DNA from: Raja brachyura
Taxonomy: Eukaryota
Assembly: GCA_963514005.1 (NCBI GenBank)
Contig: OY740802.1
Location: forward strand, 28,396,001-28,460,000
DNA: 64,000 bases
Reading direction: 5' to 3'
The translations under genes were made by a program, and so were the position numbers. The first letter of the stretch is position 1. Each line of letters opens with the position of its first letter. Positions 1 to 12,297 of this stretch are shown piece after piece. The notes beneath the pieces were generated by a model. That model ran no database searches, was not told the DNA's origin, and was given only the letters and a program-made list of their open reading frames with translations.

Positions 1-918
1 ACATCAAATGCTTCGTGTGCACGTTTGTACGTCTGTGTAGGAAGGATTTGTAGATGATGGTTTATACTGAAGATAGACACAATATGGTGGAGTAACTCAG
101 CGGGTTACCCCAGCATTCTGTGTCCATCTAGCTTGAGTTTAGTTCATTGTCAGGTGTACCGAGGTACAATGAAAAGCTTTTGTTGCGTGCTATCCAGTCA
201 GCGGAAAGACAATGCATGATTACAGCTGAGCCGTCCACAGTGTACAGATGCAGGATAAAGGCAATAACGTTTAGTGCAAGGTAAAGTCCAATTAAAAATA
301 GTCCGAGGGTCTCCAATGGTTTCTGATTTTAAATGGGGAAGGCACAAATTGTTTTGTTGTTGACCTTTGATTCGGTGATTAATGTCGGGATTTGGTGAGC
401 ATATGGTATGCAGCAAGTAATTATGGAGCCATGAAGTTAAGGCTGTAAATAAGAACTGGTAGACAGGAGAAACTGAGCACATAAGCAAAGAAGCTCATTA
501 AAAATCTCGTTGCTCTATGTGACAAAGAGCTTGAACTTGGAACTACTGCCTTTTTCAAATTCTGACTCTCATTTTATTCCACCATTTTTCATTATACCCC
601 ATTGATTCTCGACTGCATTAGTATTAAATGGCAGCTTGTTTGTACATCGTCCAAGTGCCCAGATTTCATGTGTGAGCTTTGGCTCTTGAGCCTTGGCAGG
701 CCACCATGAGTTGGCATTTCATTTTCCCTGCAGGAAATCAGTCATGGTTTGCAGCTTTATCTTTCATGGAGTAATACAGTTTGTAAAATAGCATTGATTG
801 GCCCAAGAACTCCACATAGTGCTTCTATTCTCACCCATCAGCTACCTTCCATTCCCCTCTTCGACTTGTTCCTTTGATAGCCTGATTTGCTCTGGAACAT
901 ACAACATGGAACAGTGCA

Positions 919-1335
919 GACACAAAACTGCTGGACTAACTCAGTGGGACAGGCAGCATCTCTGGAGACGTGTGACGTTTCAGGTCAGAACCCTTCTTCA
1001 GGCTGTTTCTGACTGTCAACTGTTTCAGACTGAGTCTGAAGAAGGGTTCAACCTGAAATGTTTTGGCCAGAGATGCAGCCTGACCTGCTGAGTTACTCCA
1101 GCATTTAAGAAGGAACTGCAGATGCTGGAAAACCGAAGGTAGATACAAGTGCTGGAGAAACTCAGCGGGTGCAGCAGCATCTATGGAGCAAAGGAAATAG
1201 GCAATGTTTCGGGTTTCGACCCAAAACGTTGCCTATTTCCTTTGCTCCATAGATGCTACTGCATCCGCTGAGTTACTCCAGCATTCTGTGTCTATTTTCG
1301 GCATAAATCAGGATCTGCAGCTCCATCCTACACAC
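919..1335. mobile_element. Two adjacent palindromic Penelope-derived short elements
   Basis: gctggactaactcagtggg...cccttcttcag and its inverse ctgaagaagggt...gagttactccagc (919-1106), then a second hairpin of the ctatggagc subfamily (about 1105-1335). Confidence 0.7.
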
Positions 1336-1699
1336 AGGTCCGCGCAGCACAGGAGCAGGCCCTTCGGCTCACAATGTTGCCAATGGATCATCTGCCTGCA
1401 CATGATCCATATCCCTCTATTACCTGCACTTCCATGTGCCTATCCAAAAGCCTCTTCAACGCCACTATTGTATCTGCCTCCACCACCACCACCCCCACCG
1501 AACGCAATGTGTTCCAGTCCCCCCACTCTCTTGCAAACAAACAACACGGGGAAACAGTTTGTCAGGTTTTGTGCATGAAAATGTTCTTCAAGAGAAAATT
1601 GATGGCATTGCAACTGGAAGCTGGCATGTCTAATGTTCAAAGATTGACACACATTTGAGACAGATTTCTACAATTACAACCGTGTCAATGATCACAATT

Positions 1700-2295
1700 A
1701 TGTTTTTATTGTCACATGTGAGAAGTGCTGACATAGTGAAGTATTTTTCATTCAAACAGATCAGTGGGGTCTGGCCATATCCCTGATCCTCGATTAGCAA
1801 GTGTACAGAAATAGTCTACTGAGCCCGCATACACGAGGCGCCATGTATTGGTGCCATTTCCAAAGTTCATGCTCTAGTTCTTGTGCCTGTTCCTGGCAAG
1901 TTCCAGGCTGTAGCGGGCCTCCAGCCATCGCCATGGACACCACGTCCCTCTCCTCGCCCGTCCACCTTTGCTTCCCGCAGCCAACCTCGCGGGTGCAGTC
2001 GACCGGACCCCGGTTCCCTCTCCTCTCCTACCGGCCTCGCTCCTCACCCATGGCGTCCGTCATCGCTGGCTCCCTCCTCCCGGTCTCTGGTCTTCGGGGG
2101 ACCAGCAGGGTCCGGCTCGGTGGGCTTCCCCCTCCCAGGCCGGTGGTCCACTGGGTCCAACGGGCAAGGGACCAGCTTGGCGGCTTCCTCCTGCAGGCTG
2201 TGACCTGTGGGGTCTTCCGTTCGGCTGTGGGGGGGTCCGCAATCTGCCAGCTCTCGAGGTCCCTTATCTTATTGAGTTTCCTTTATCCATTGTAA
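1700..2295. mobile_element. GC-rich dispersed repeat (second, shorter copy at about 7235-7420)
   Basis: Both loci share ttattg(t/c)cac...cgattagcaa.tgt.cagaaatagtctact...gccatgt.ttggtgccattt. Confidence 0.55.
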
Positions 2296-2774
2296 GGGTT
2301 GAATCTACTGCTGTACACGGGGCCCAGTTTACTGTCGGAGTTAGAATTATATTGTAATCTGGGGGCGTGAATGTGTTTTAGCGTTATTGAGTATTATCTG
2401 TCGGGAGGATTTAATTTAATCCTGTGGTTGCTGTTTTGTATTAGAAATCAGAAATGGAAGCTCATCATTTGGGTGGAGAATTGCGACCAATTGATTCACC
2501 AGTGTTCCATTATCTGTACTTCACTGGTCAAAAATAAACTGAACTCTTGATCACAACTGTAGTATTTAACCGAAATAGAAGGTCAACAAATAATCATTGC
2601 AGTTCTAGCTTTCCGAAGAAGCATCCTGACCCGAAACGTCGTCAATCCATGTTCTCCAGCAACGCCGCCTGAACCGCTGAGTTACTCCAGCACTTTATGT
2701 CCCTTTTGTAAACCAGCATCTGCAGTTCCTTGTGTCTCTAATTTTCTTATTTCTGTAATTTTCCACATAGTGTA

Positions 2775-3075
2775 TTAGTTTACTTTAATTTAGAGATATA
2801 AGCGTGGAAACGGGGCCTTCAGCACGCCGAGTCAGCGCCAACCAGGGATCCCCGCACGCTAACACTACTCCACACACGCACGGGACGAGTTACAATTTTA
2901 CCAAGTCAATTAGCCTAATAACCTGTACGGATTTGGAATGTGGGAGGAAACCGGAACTCTCGGGGAAAACCCACGCGGGTCACGGGGAGAACGTGCAAAC
3001 TCCGTACAGACAGCATTCATAATCGGGATCGCACACGGGTCTCTGGCGCTGTAAGGCAGCAACTCTACCGCTGTG
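2775..3075 (-). mobile_element. HE1-like V-SINE
   Basis: Reverse-strand copy. Other - copies at about 6017, 11250, 13640, 17385, 17897, 21780, 26573, 31650, 32288, 35025, 44755, 52075, 53420, 54875, 56041 and 58830. Confidence 0.85.
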
Positions 3076-3717
3076 TCTAGCTAATGTTTTCCTTGTCTCT
3101 CCCCAGCTATTATCAGGTAACTGAACTGCTCTCTCACCAACTAGAGCGCAGCCCTGTCCCCACATCTACCTGATTAGGGCCCCTCAAACTATCTTTAGTC
3201 GGACTTTAACTGGATTTTATCTGGCATTCAACGTTGTTCTCTTTATCCTGTACCTGTAAACTCTGAACGGTTTGATTGTAGTTATGGAAATAGACTTTTG
3301 ACTGGATAGCACGCAACAAAAACGTTTTTCATGGTATCTTGGTACACCTGACAATAATAATAAACTAAACTGAACATAAGATTTATGTTGAATGTGGAGA
3401 TCTAATCGTGCAAATATAAATTGGAAATGGCTTGAAGCTCTGGTTAGTGTTTACAATGCTTAATGGCAGGAAATGACCCAGTTAACACACAGAAAGTAAT
3501 AAATAATTGAACGTTGTGGGATAATGAACTCTGGACATGATCTTGAATCTGAACAACCAAAGTCTGAGTTGACAACGATCATTTGAAGCTAACTCTTACA
3601 GACGTATTAGAGTTTCCGCGACTACACACAAATATTTAGTGAGTGCTAAGCTAAAACCGGGCTAAAACCGAAAATGAAGGAAAACAATTCCATCAAATCC
3701 TGTGAGGGTGAAAGTAA

Positions 3718-3935
3718 AAAAATATATAGAGAAGTTGTTTGGGGAAAGGTTGGTGGATGGGGAAGTGGGGGGGGGGGACAATAGATCACCCAAGAAAATG
3801 TAGAGAGGTTTGTCAGAACCTGGTTGGGGAAAGACCGATGGGGAGGGTATAGATCTTCCACTAAAATATAGAGAAGTGTTTGTCAGTAGTTGGTTGGGGA
3901 AAGGATTTGGGGGAAGGGAGTGCAGATCATTCATT
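3718..3935. repeat. Degenerate tandem repeat, three units of about 70 nt
   Basis: aaaat.tagaga.g...ttggggaaag...gggga...agatc occurs three times. Confidence 0.65.
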
Positions 3936-5774
3936 CCAGTAACCCTGCTCCTTCCCCCCCCCCCCCCCCGCTCCCCGTTCCCCTCCACAGATACCACCCC
4001 ACCCCCAGCTTTAAATGGCACTTCTCTCCTTATCTGACCTTATCTCCTCTTATTTTCCCCAGCTCTCTCCCCACTACAATCTGTCTGAAGAAGTGTCCTG
4101 ACAGAAACGTCACCCTGTCCATTCTCTCCACAGATGCTACCTGACCCACTGAGCTATTCCAGCACTTTGTGATTGGATTGTCAACTCGGGCAGCCTCTGG
4201 CCTACTGCTCTAACAATATCCCTGACGTAAAGTAACAGTTAGTTGATCGGGGATATTGCTGATTTGTACAATGTTTACAAAATAAATACCTGGCAGTTAA
4301 AGTTCAGTTGGAGGTGGAAAATCCTCTTTATTTTTTTTTTACTGTAGGTGGTAACTCAAATGAGCAATGGTAGTCCTTAAAGTAATTTTCCAAAACACAT
4401 TTGACAAAGTTCGACTGGAAGAGAGAGACAGCTGTGTTTTCCTGCGATATTGGTTACGCTAGAAGGATCAATTGGTGGTCTGTCCCCAGTTATTTATCTT
4501 GCGATCAGGATGTTGCCACCATTTGGCTGCCTTTCATCATCAGGTGTTTAGTGTAAATAATGACATAAGCTGAACAGTTTTGTGCAGTATGATTACCACT
4601 TTTTGAAAAGCCACCTGCGTCTTAGCACAACGTGATAAAAAGGAAGTGCAGATGCTGGTTTAGTGCCGGAGTTACTCCAGCGGGTCAGGCAGCATCTCCG
4701 GAGAACATGGATAGATGATGGTTCAGGTTGTGACCCTTCTTCAGACTTCTGTTCTATCATGTCTATCTGTGTTTCACTATATATTTGTGTACAATTCCGG
4801 CAGTGTTAATCACTTCTTATGCAATGGATGAAGACCATGCACCTATTGAACTAAGATGGAATGACCTCCAGACTCGGGAATAGCTTCCTCCCCTCTATTG
4901 TCGGGCTTCTGAACGGTCCTTCCATAAGCTAGGGTGCTGTCCGATTCACCTATATTCCATTGTGGACATTGGGACTGATGGGCTACAATGCTGAGAATTA
5001 TATTCAACACTGTGTCCCCTTTGCTCCCCCTATTGTACTTGAGTTTGATGAGTGTATTTATGTGTAGTATTCTCTGACTGAATAGCATACAAAACAAAGC
5101 TGTTTGCTGTGCCTCAATACATGTGACAATAATAAGCCTAAACCTGATTGCAGTGAATCCGAACCTTGAACCCAGCACTGGGTACACAACGCACTGATAG
5201 CACGCCGCCAACAGCAGATGTATAGTACTAACCACAATGAAAGGGCACTTGAGCAAACACAACGTGCTGGAGGAACTCAGCGGTTCAGGCAGCATCTGTG
5301 GAGGGACAGGCGATGTTACGGGTCGGTGCCCTTCTTCAGACCGAGTCCCAATCCGAAGCATCGCCTGTCCATTCCCTCCACAGATGCTGCCTGAGCCGCC
5401 GAGTTCCTCCAGCACATTGTGCTTTGCTCAGGTTTACAGCATCTGCAGTTCATTGTGTCTCCATTGCAAGTGAACGCTGTGAGGCCAGCCATGGTTTCGT
5501 AGACGGCATTAGTTTCTCAGTCAGAAGGCTGAGAGTGCAAGCGCATCCGAAGAACTAGAGAACTTAAAATCAAAATGGACAAGTCAGTGATATGGGGATA
5601 CGTAATAACAATGAACTGCAGATGCTGGTTTATGCCAAAGATAGACGCAAAATGATGGAGTAACTCAGTGGGTCAGACATAAAGAGGGGCCCCGACCCAA
5701 ACCGCCACCAATCCATTTTCTCCGGAGATGCTGCCTGACCCGCTGAATTACTCCAGCATTTTGTATCTGCATTA

Positions 5775-6400
5775 TGTGGAGAGTTCAGTGCTGTCAAAGA
5801 TGCCATCTTTCAGATAGGCCATGACAGCAAAGCCCCGTCTGCCCCGTCTGCCCCGTCTGCAGACTCCTGTGAATGTAGTTAATCCCATGGCACCGACCTT
5901 TCAAGAAAAACAGAGAAATTATCTTCAGTCCCTTGGCCCATTGTTAATCCCCTTAACTGGTGTCATTCAAAACAGCTGCTCTGGCCATTATCTCACTGCT
6001 GTGTGTAGGAGCTTTACGCTTTAGAGCTACAGCATGGAAACAGGCCCTCGGCCCACCGAGTCCACGTGACCAGTGATCACTCCGTACACTAGCACTAACC
6101 TACAGACTAGTGACAATTTACTGAAGCCAGTTAACGTATAAACCTGTACATCTTTTGGGATGTGAAAGGAAACCAGAGCATTCGCAGAAAACCCGTGTGG
6201 TCACGGGGAGCACGTACAAACTCTGTACAGACAACTGTAGTCGGGATCAAATCCAGATCTCTGGCGCTGTGAGGCAGCAACTCTACTGGTGCGCTCCTGT
6301 GCATTCATTACTTGCTTTCATTGATTGCCAGGTTTCCAATATTAACTCAGTGACCGTGCTCCTTAAATACTTTCTAGTCTACAAAGTGCTTTGGCTTTCT
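5775..6400 (+). mobile_element. Ancient DeuSINE (SacSINE1/AmnSINE1-like) remnant split by an HE1 SINE
   Basis: gctgtcaaagatgccatctttcagat...ccccgtctgccc...atcccatggcac...ctggccattatctcactgctgtgtgtaggagct resembles the Deu domain as I recall it. The tail resumes at about 6310 (ttgattgccaggtttcc...aaagtgctttgg). Confidence 0.65.
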
Positions 6401-6594
6401 CAATGTAAGATCTCCTCAATTTCCCGCCCCCGTTATAACCAATATAGGTCAAAGTGGGAAGATCACAGAAAATTTGCACTTGCTGAAGGTTATGATTAAA
6501 TAGGTGGAGGACAAAAAGTGGTCATCACACGTGAACAGTTAATTCTGTGAAATGCTTTGAACTCAAGATACTGTATGTGCAAATATTTACAATT

Positions 6595-6730
6595 NNNNNN
6601 NNNNNNNNNNNNNNNNNNNNNNNNNNNNNNNNNNNNNNNNNNNNNNNNNNNNNNNNNNNNNNNNNNNNNNNNNNNNNNNNNNNNNNNNNNNNNNNNNNNN
6701 NNNNNNNNNNNNNNNNNNNNNNNNNNNNNN
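6595..6730. other. Assembly gap (136 N)
   Basis: Run of N. Confidence 1.
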
Positions 6731-8718
6731 AAAAACACCCTCTGTTGCCTTGTCAAAAACAATTTGTTTTGAGACCAGTGACCAGTCGGTTACCCTCACA
6801 AATGTGCAGTGATACTGCCTTTCAGCCTAGTGACCATCGCCCATCTTTGCCATGCTTGCTTTAAATCTCCACGCTTCAGTCTGAGTGGTGATGACACTCT
6901 CTTTGTCTCTGCACCATCACCCTTTGCAACTGATGTCATGCTGACAGAGCACAATGTTGTGGGATTTGTTGGCACAGGAAGTTATTTTAAAATTCATTGC
7001 GTTGGAGAATAGATGACGGGTGTAGCCTGGAGGGTGACCACCAGGTTCACCAATAGCTTCTTCCCAACAAGCATCACGTTCTTGAATGCTGCACAACACC
7101 ACCCTGCACTATGAGCTTCTATGGAATGTCTTTGGTTGTACTTAGGCCTACCATTGTTTGCACCAATATTGTGATGATTAATTGTATTGTTTTGCTTATA
7201 TATTCACTCTCGCCACTCTCTCGTCCCTCAATGGTGCTTTTATTGCCACGTGCTAAGAAGTTATTTTCTTACGAGCAGCCCAGTAGAGTATTGCCCTACC
7301 CCCGATCCCCGATTAGCAAATGTGCAGAAATAGTCTACTTTGCCCGCAAGCCAGAGGCCATGTGTTGGTGCCATTTTCAGAGTCCATGCTCTTGCTCTTA
7401 TGAGCGGTGCCTGCTGTAGGACTGTTCCAGTGCAGTTTTGAATGATTATTTAGGATGGCCTCGGATGGTAAGCAAGATGGCTATCAAGCATTCCACCCAC
7501 AAGGATACATGTGAACAAGGTTTACAGAGTGGTGGAACTGAGGTGAGGAGAATTAATGCACACGGAACTAAGCCATTTCGAGACGTCTAAATCCTTTCAA
7601 CTTCAGAATGTGTGAATACATGTTCTGATGGCCTCTCATTGGAAAGACAAGAAGTACGAATGGCAAAGATAGACACAAAATGCTGGAGTGACTCAGCGGG
7701 ACAGGCAGCATCTCTGGAGAGAAGGAATGGGTGACTTTTCCGATCGAGACCCTTCTTCAGCCTGAGAACCAGGGGAGCGAGAATCTAGAGATATGGAAGG
7801 GTAGGGTGTGAAAATGACAGATGAATGCAGACGTTGATCAAGGAGATGGAGAATGGTTAGTTCCTTCCTTCACAAGTACTAATGGCAATTGCCCATAGAC
7901 CGAAACCAAAGCTAGATAATCTGAATGGATTTCTGGCCACTCTATTCTTGAAAGCACGTGGAGGTATTGGAGTGATTGCAAAATTGCTTCTGATGATGGG
8001 ACTGAGAAGATCTCGTTAGGAAGGCTTGAACAAACTGGGACTTGTTTTCTCAGGAGAGAGAATGAACAGTTGGCACGGTGGTGCAGCAGTAGAGTTGCAG
8101 CGCCAGGGACCCGGGTTCGATCCCGACCACGGGTGCTGTCTGTACGAAGTTTGTACGTTCTCCCCGTGACCTGCTTGGGTTTTCTCCGGGAGCTCTAATT
8201 CACTCCCACATTCCAAAGACGGAGAGGTTTGTAGGTTAATTGGCTTGGTAAAATTGTAAATGATCCCTAGTGTGTGCAGGATAGTGTTAGTGTGCGGGGA
8301 TTGCTGGTTGGCGCAGACGGTCCTGTTTCCGCGCTGTATCCCTAAACTAAACTAAAACGAGTAGTGTTATGTGAGGGAAGAGGTTGATAAAATCTTCTTC
8401 CTCATGTTGCTGTCCAAAATTCTGGCCCATAATTATCACGAGGCTCTGGTCACCACTAGATTCAATGGAACGGTTAAGAGGGACTTCTTTTTCAATGTGG
8501 TTGGGGAAAGAGTTGTGGATATGGGACAACGCCACTGACAACAGATGAAGCAAACTGACGTTTTTGTAGACTTTTAAAAAGATTAATTCAAAACTTCACA
8601 TAAATTATAATGTGCACTCATTAAGTTGCAAAACTATCAAAAATTAAAAAAAAATATGAATACTGTATGTATATTTTCTACAACATGTGATATAAGTTGT
8701 GTAGGACAGATCTACAGT

Positions 8719-8746
8719 CTGAAGAAGGGTCTCGTCCCGAAACGTC
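8719..8746 (+). ncRNA. Minimal hammerhead-ribozyme-like motif in a Penelope-derived terminal repeat
   Basis: CTGAAGA-A-GGGTCTCGTCCC-GAAA-CG-TC; same core as at 40276. Confidence 0.55.
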
Positions 8747-9351
8747 ACCCATTCCTTCTCTGCAGAGATGCTGCCTGTCACGCTGAGTTACTCCAGCATT
8801 TAGCGTCTACCTTTTGTGAAATAAGTTGATATTTTTGAGAAGAAACAATATTTCTACGTCACATTTATGGTCCCTGCACTGGGAAGTAAAATGAAAATTG
8901 GACAAGCTGCAGATGCTGGAAATCAGAAACACAGACAAGCAATGCCACGAATGTTTAGGTCAGGCAGCATCTGCGGAGAGGGAAATGGAGATGAGGATTA
9001 ATAAGGGCAAAGTGTTCTGAAGCTTTGTGTCCGGGTGGTGAATCTGTGGAATTCTTTGCCACAGAGGGCTGTGGTGGCCAAGTCAATGGATATATTTAAG
9101 GCAGAGATAGATAGATTCTTGATAAGTACGGGTGTCAGAGGTTATGGGGAGAAGGCAGGAGAATGGGATTAGGAGGAAGAGATAGATCAGTAATGAATAA
9201 ATGGCGGAGTAGACTTGATGGGCCGAATGGTCTAATTCTGCTCCTATCGCTGATGACCTTATGACAAATGGTCTTGGACCTGAAATGTGCGATTGTTTTG
9301 TTTAGATGTGTTGGGCTCAGAACAAATTGGCAATAACCCCGCCTTTCTCCA

Positions 9352-9627
9352 TCGGTCCACCACTGATTTTCCGGCCGATCTCTACCTCATTAGCACTCCC
9401 GTGCCGATCGGTGGGTCGAATTAGCCCTCTGTGGCCGGGGCTCTGGAACCAGAGCCAGCAGATCCGTTCCCATAGCAGACTTCCGCAGCCAGTGTCTCGG
9501 CCACCCAGCGGACAATTCCTGTACCATTGAATTCTTCTCGGAGGCCGTGACCTCTGTTGGTCCGGCAACACAGATAATCCAGAAAGGTTCTGGAACCAAA
9601 GGAGCTGTAAAATCGGTGGAGGACCTG
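9352..9627. mobile_element. Probable TA-target MITE
   Basis: ggtccaccactgatttt versus the reverse complement of aaaatcggtggaggacc (15/17 match). Right end is cctg|ta. Internal direct repeat ctggaacca. Confidence 0.5.
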
Positions 9628-10216
9628 TAGTGCCTGTACACTGGAGTAAAGGTTAACTCCTTTTGACTCCTGCTTCTACAGCTGGGCATCAGAGTGGAAA
9701 CCACTTCTCACCTGCACCTTGGCCTTTGCGCAGCATCTCTGGAGAAAAAGGATGGGTGGTGAACCGTGGATCTAGTAGAAAGACGAGGGTGGGGGAGGGG
9801 GAGAGAGGGGGGATACAATGGATGCAACGAGATCAGTAATACTTGCCCTGGATTACCTGGCCATCTGTTGATCTGGTGATCAGGGACTGGCTGCAGTTGA
9901 AGCTAGCGAATTTGATGTAACATTGGAATCGGACCAAGCAGGTTAACGTCATTACTTTGCCCCATGCGTGAGATACTTTGCCCGTAGAGATGGTTTAAAT
10001 TGTATTCAGTGCCCTCCTGTGTTATCGTTCAGGAGCGCTGGGGTGACTGTTGGGTGCTTTGATGCTGGGATGCACCGCGGAGCTGAACCCCTCCCAGGAG
10101 ACCCGATGGCTGGAAAATGGATGACCCGGCGGGCCGCGGCCTGTGATGGGAAGCCGGTCGAATCACCCGCGGCCTCGCGCAGCAGCAGGCCTGGCTCACT
10201 GCCGGAGAAAAGCCGG

Positions 10217-10545
10217 GGAAGGATGTTTCCACTGGTGGGAGAGTCTAGGACCAGAGGTCACAGCCTCAGAAGTAAAGGGTGCTCTTTTAGAAAGGAGGTG
10301 AGGAGGAACTTCTTTAGTCAGAGGGTAGTTATTCTGTGGAACTCAAGGCCTCCACCGCCCTCTGCGGCAAAGTCAGTGGATATGTTTGAGGCAGAGACAG
10401 ACAAAATAAATTCTTGATTAGAACGGATGTCAAGGGTTATGGGGAGAAAATGGGATTAGGAGGCAGAGATCCGCTGTGATTGAATGGTGGAGTAGACTCG
10501 ATGGGCCGAATGGCCTAATTCTACTCCTATAATTTGTGAACATGA
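10217..10545 (+). mobile_element. CR1-clade LINE 3' fragment
   Basis: RMFPLVGESRTRGHSLR..FRKEVRRNFFSQRVV.LWNS. Related copies at about 9025-9265, 12830-13040, 32636-32840, 35625-36060 and 50310-51050 (+), and 28325-28880, 38800-39160, 45820-46320 and 56750-57037 (-). Confidence 0.85.
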
Positions 10546-11827
10546 AAATTCACGGGGGAAACGTACAAACTCCGCACAGGCAGCACCCGTAGTCATGATT
10601 GAACCCGGGTCTGTGCCGCTGTAAGGCAGCAATTCTGCCGCTGTGGCGCCCGTTGCTCGTGTGTATAAATTCTGAAAGGAGACGTTGAACATTTGAAAAA
10701 AATATATAAATGCTGGACAAACTCAGCAGATCAAGCTGCATCTTTGAGAGTTGGAAGTTTGAGTCAGAATCTAATATTTGGAAATGGACACAAAATGCTG
10801 GAGTAACGCAGCGCGACAGGCAGCATCTCTGGAGAGAAGGAGTGGGTGACATTTCGGGTTGAGACCCTTCTTCCGACTGATAATATTTGGGGTGGGACTC
10901 TTCTTTTAAACCATGAGGGGAGGTGGGAGGCCTGTGATATTGCGGAAGGTGGAAGAGGTTCCATGAGGGAAGACGGTATGGAGCAGGTGGCTGGTGATGG
11001 GACAATCAAAAATAAAACAAATGATGGTGTAAATGGGAGTGGCTGCAGTTTTCACTGAAAATGTTGTATTTAATATTGAGCCCAAAAGACTGTAATGTGC
11101 TTTGTCAACGAACAAGATGACACATGCATGTTGCTGTAATAACTTTCTCATTTCTGAGCTTTACAAGCGATAGGATACATCAGTTGTCATTTATATTCCA
11201 TTGCCCCATTAACACCTTTTTGAATACTGTATCCCTTTCTAGTGTTTTAGTTTGGTTTAGGGATAGAGTATGGAAGCAGGCCCTTCGGCCCACTGAGCCC
11301 ATGCCGGTCATCGATCACCCCAGGCCTCTGTTATCCCACTTTCACATCCACTCCCGACACACGAGGGGCAAGTTACGGAGGGTGAATTAACGTGTAAAGC
11401 CGCACGTCTTCACAATGTATAAATTAACCGGAGGAAACCCACATGGTCACAGGGGGAACGTGGGAGCAACACACACAGACAGCACCCGGGGTCGGGATTG
11501 AACCCGCGACTCTGGCACTGTGAGCAAGCAGCTCTACCGCTGTGCCACAGTGTGCTGCCCTTTCAGAAAGTTGTTTGCTGACAGTGACATCAGATGAGCA
11601 AAATATGATTGATATAATTGATACATTTTATGATTAAAAAAAAATTAAAGATGACTTTCCAGGCTGAGATTTCCATGGTGATCTGACATGGGGAGACTGC
11701 AGCTTTATGGTGATAATATTCAATCTGTAATAAACTGATCTGCAGATGCTGCTATACACCGAAGGTAGACACAAAATGCTGTAGCAACTCATCGGGTCAG
11801 GCAACATCTCTGGAGAAAATGGATAGC

Positions 11828-12297
11828 GAATTGTGGACGCAGCCCAGGCCATACGCAATCCAATCTCCCTTCTATTGACTCAGTTTATACCTCGTGCTGC
11901 CTTGTCAAGGCCAGCACCATAGTCAAGGACGAGTCACGCCCTGCCCACTCCCTCTTCTCCCCTCTCCCATCTGCCAATAGGCACAGAAGTGTGAAAACGC
12001 ACATCTCCAGATTCAGGGACAGTTGCTGCCCAGCCTTTATCAGGCAACTGAACCATCCGACCACCACCAGAGAGCGGTGCTGAACTACTATCTACTTCTT
12101 TGATGTCCCTCGAGCTATCCTTGACCGACCGCACTTTGCTGGCTTTACCTTGCACTAAACGTTATTCCCTTATCATGTATCTGCTCACTGTAAATGGATT
12201 CATTGTAATCGTGCATTGTCTTTCTGCTGACTAGTTAGCATGCAACAAAAAGCTTTTCACTGTATCTCAGTACACATACGGGTAAACTCTGAACTGA
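11828..12297 (+). mobile_element. Rex1/Babar-type LINE 3' end (second family)
   Basis: RCLVKASTIVKDESRPAHSLFSPLPS..RHRSVKTHISRFRDS..PA.IRQLN plus 3'UTR. Other copies at about 130-320 (-), 3095-3370 (+), 16090-16570 (-), 30500-30700 (+) and 41255-42790 (-, interrupted). Confidence 0.75.

Noticed and set aside
8070-8130. tRNA-like A/B-box sequences at SINE heads (many copies)
   Set aside because: These are tRNA-derived SINE heads attached to a V-domain and a LINE-like tail, not functional tRNA genes.
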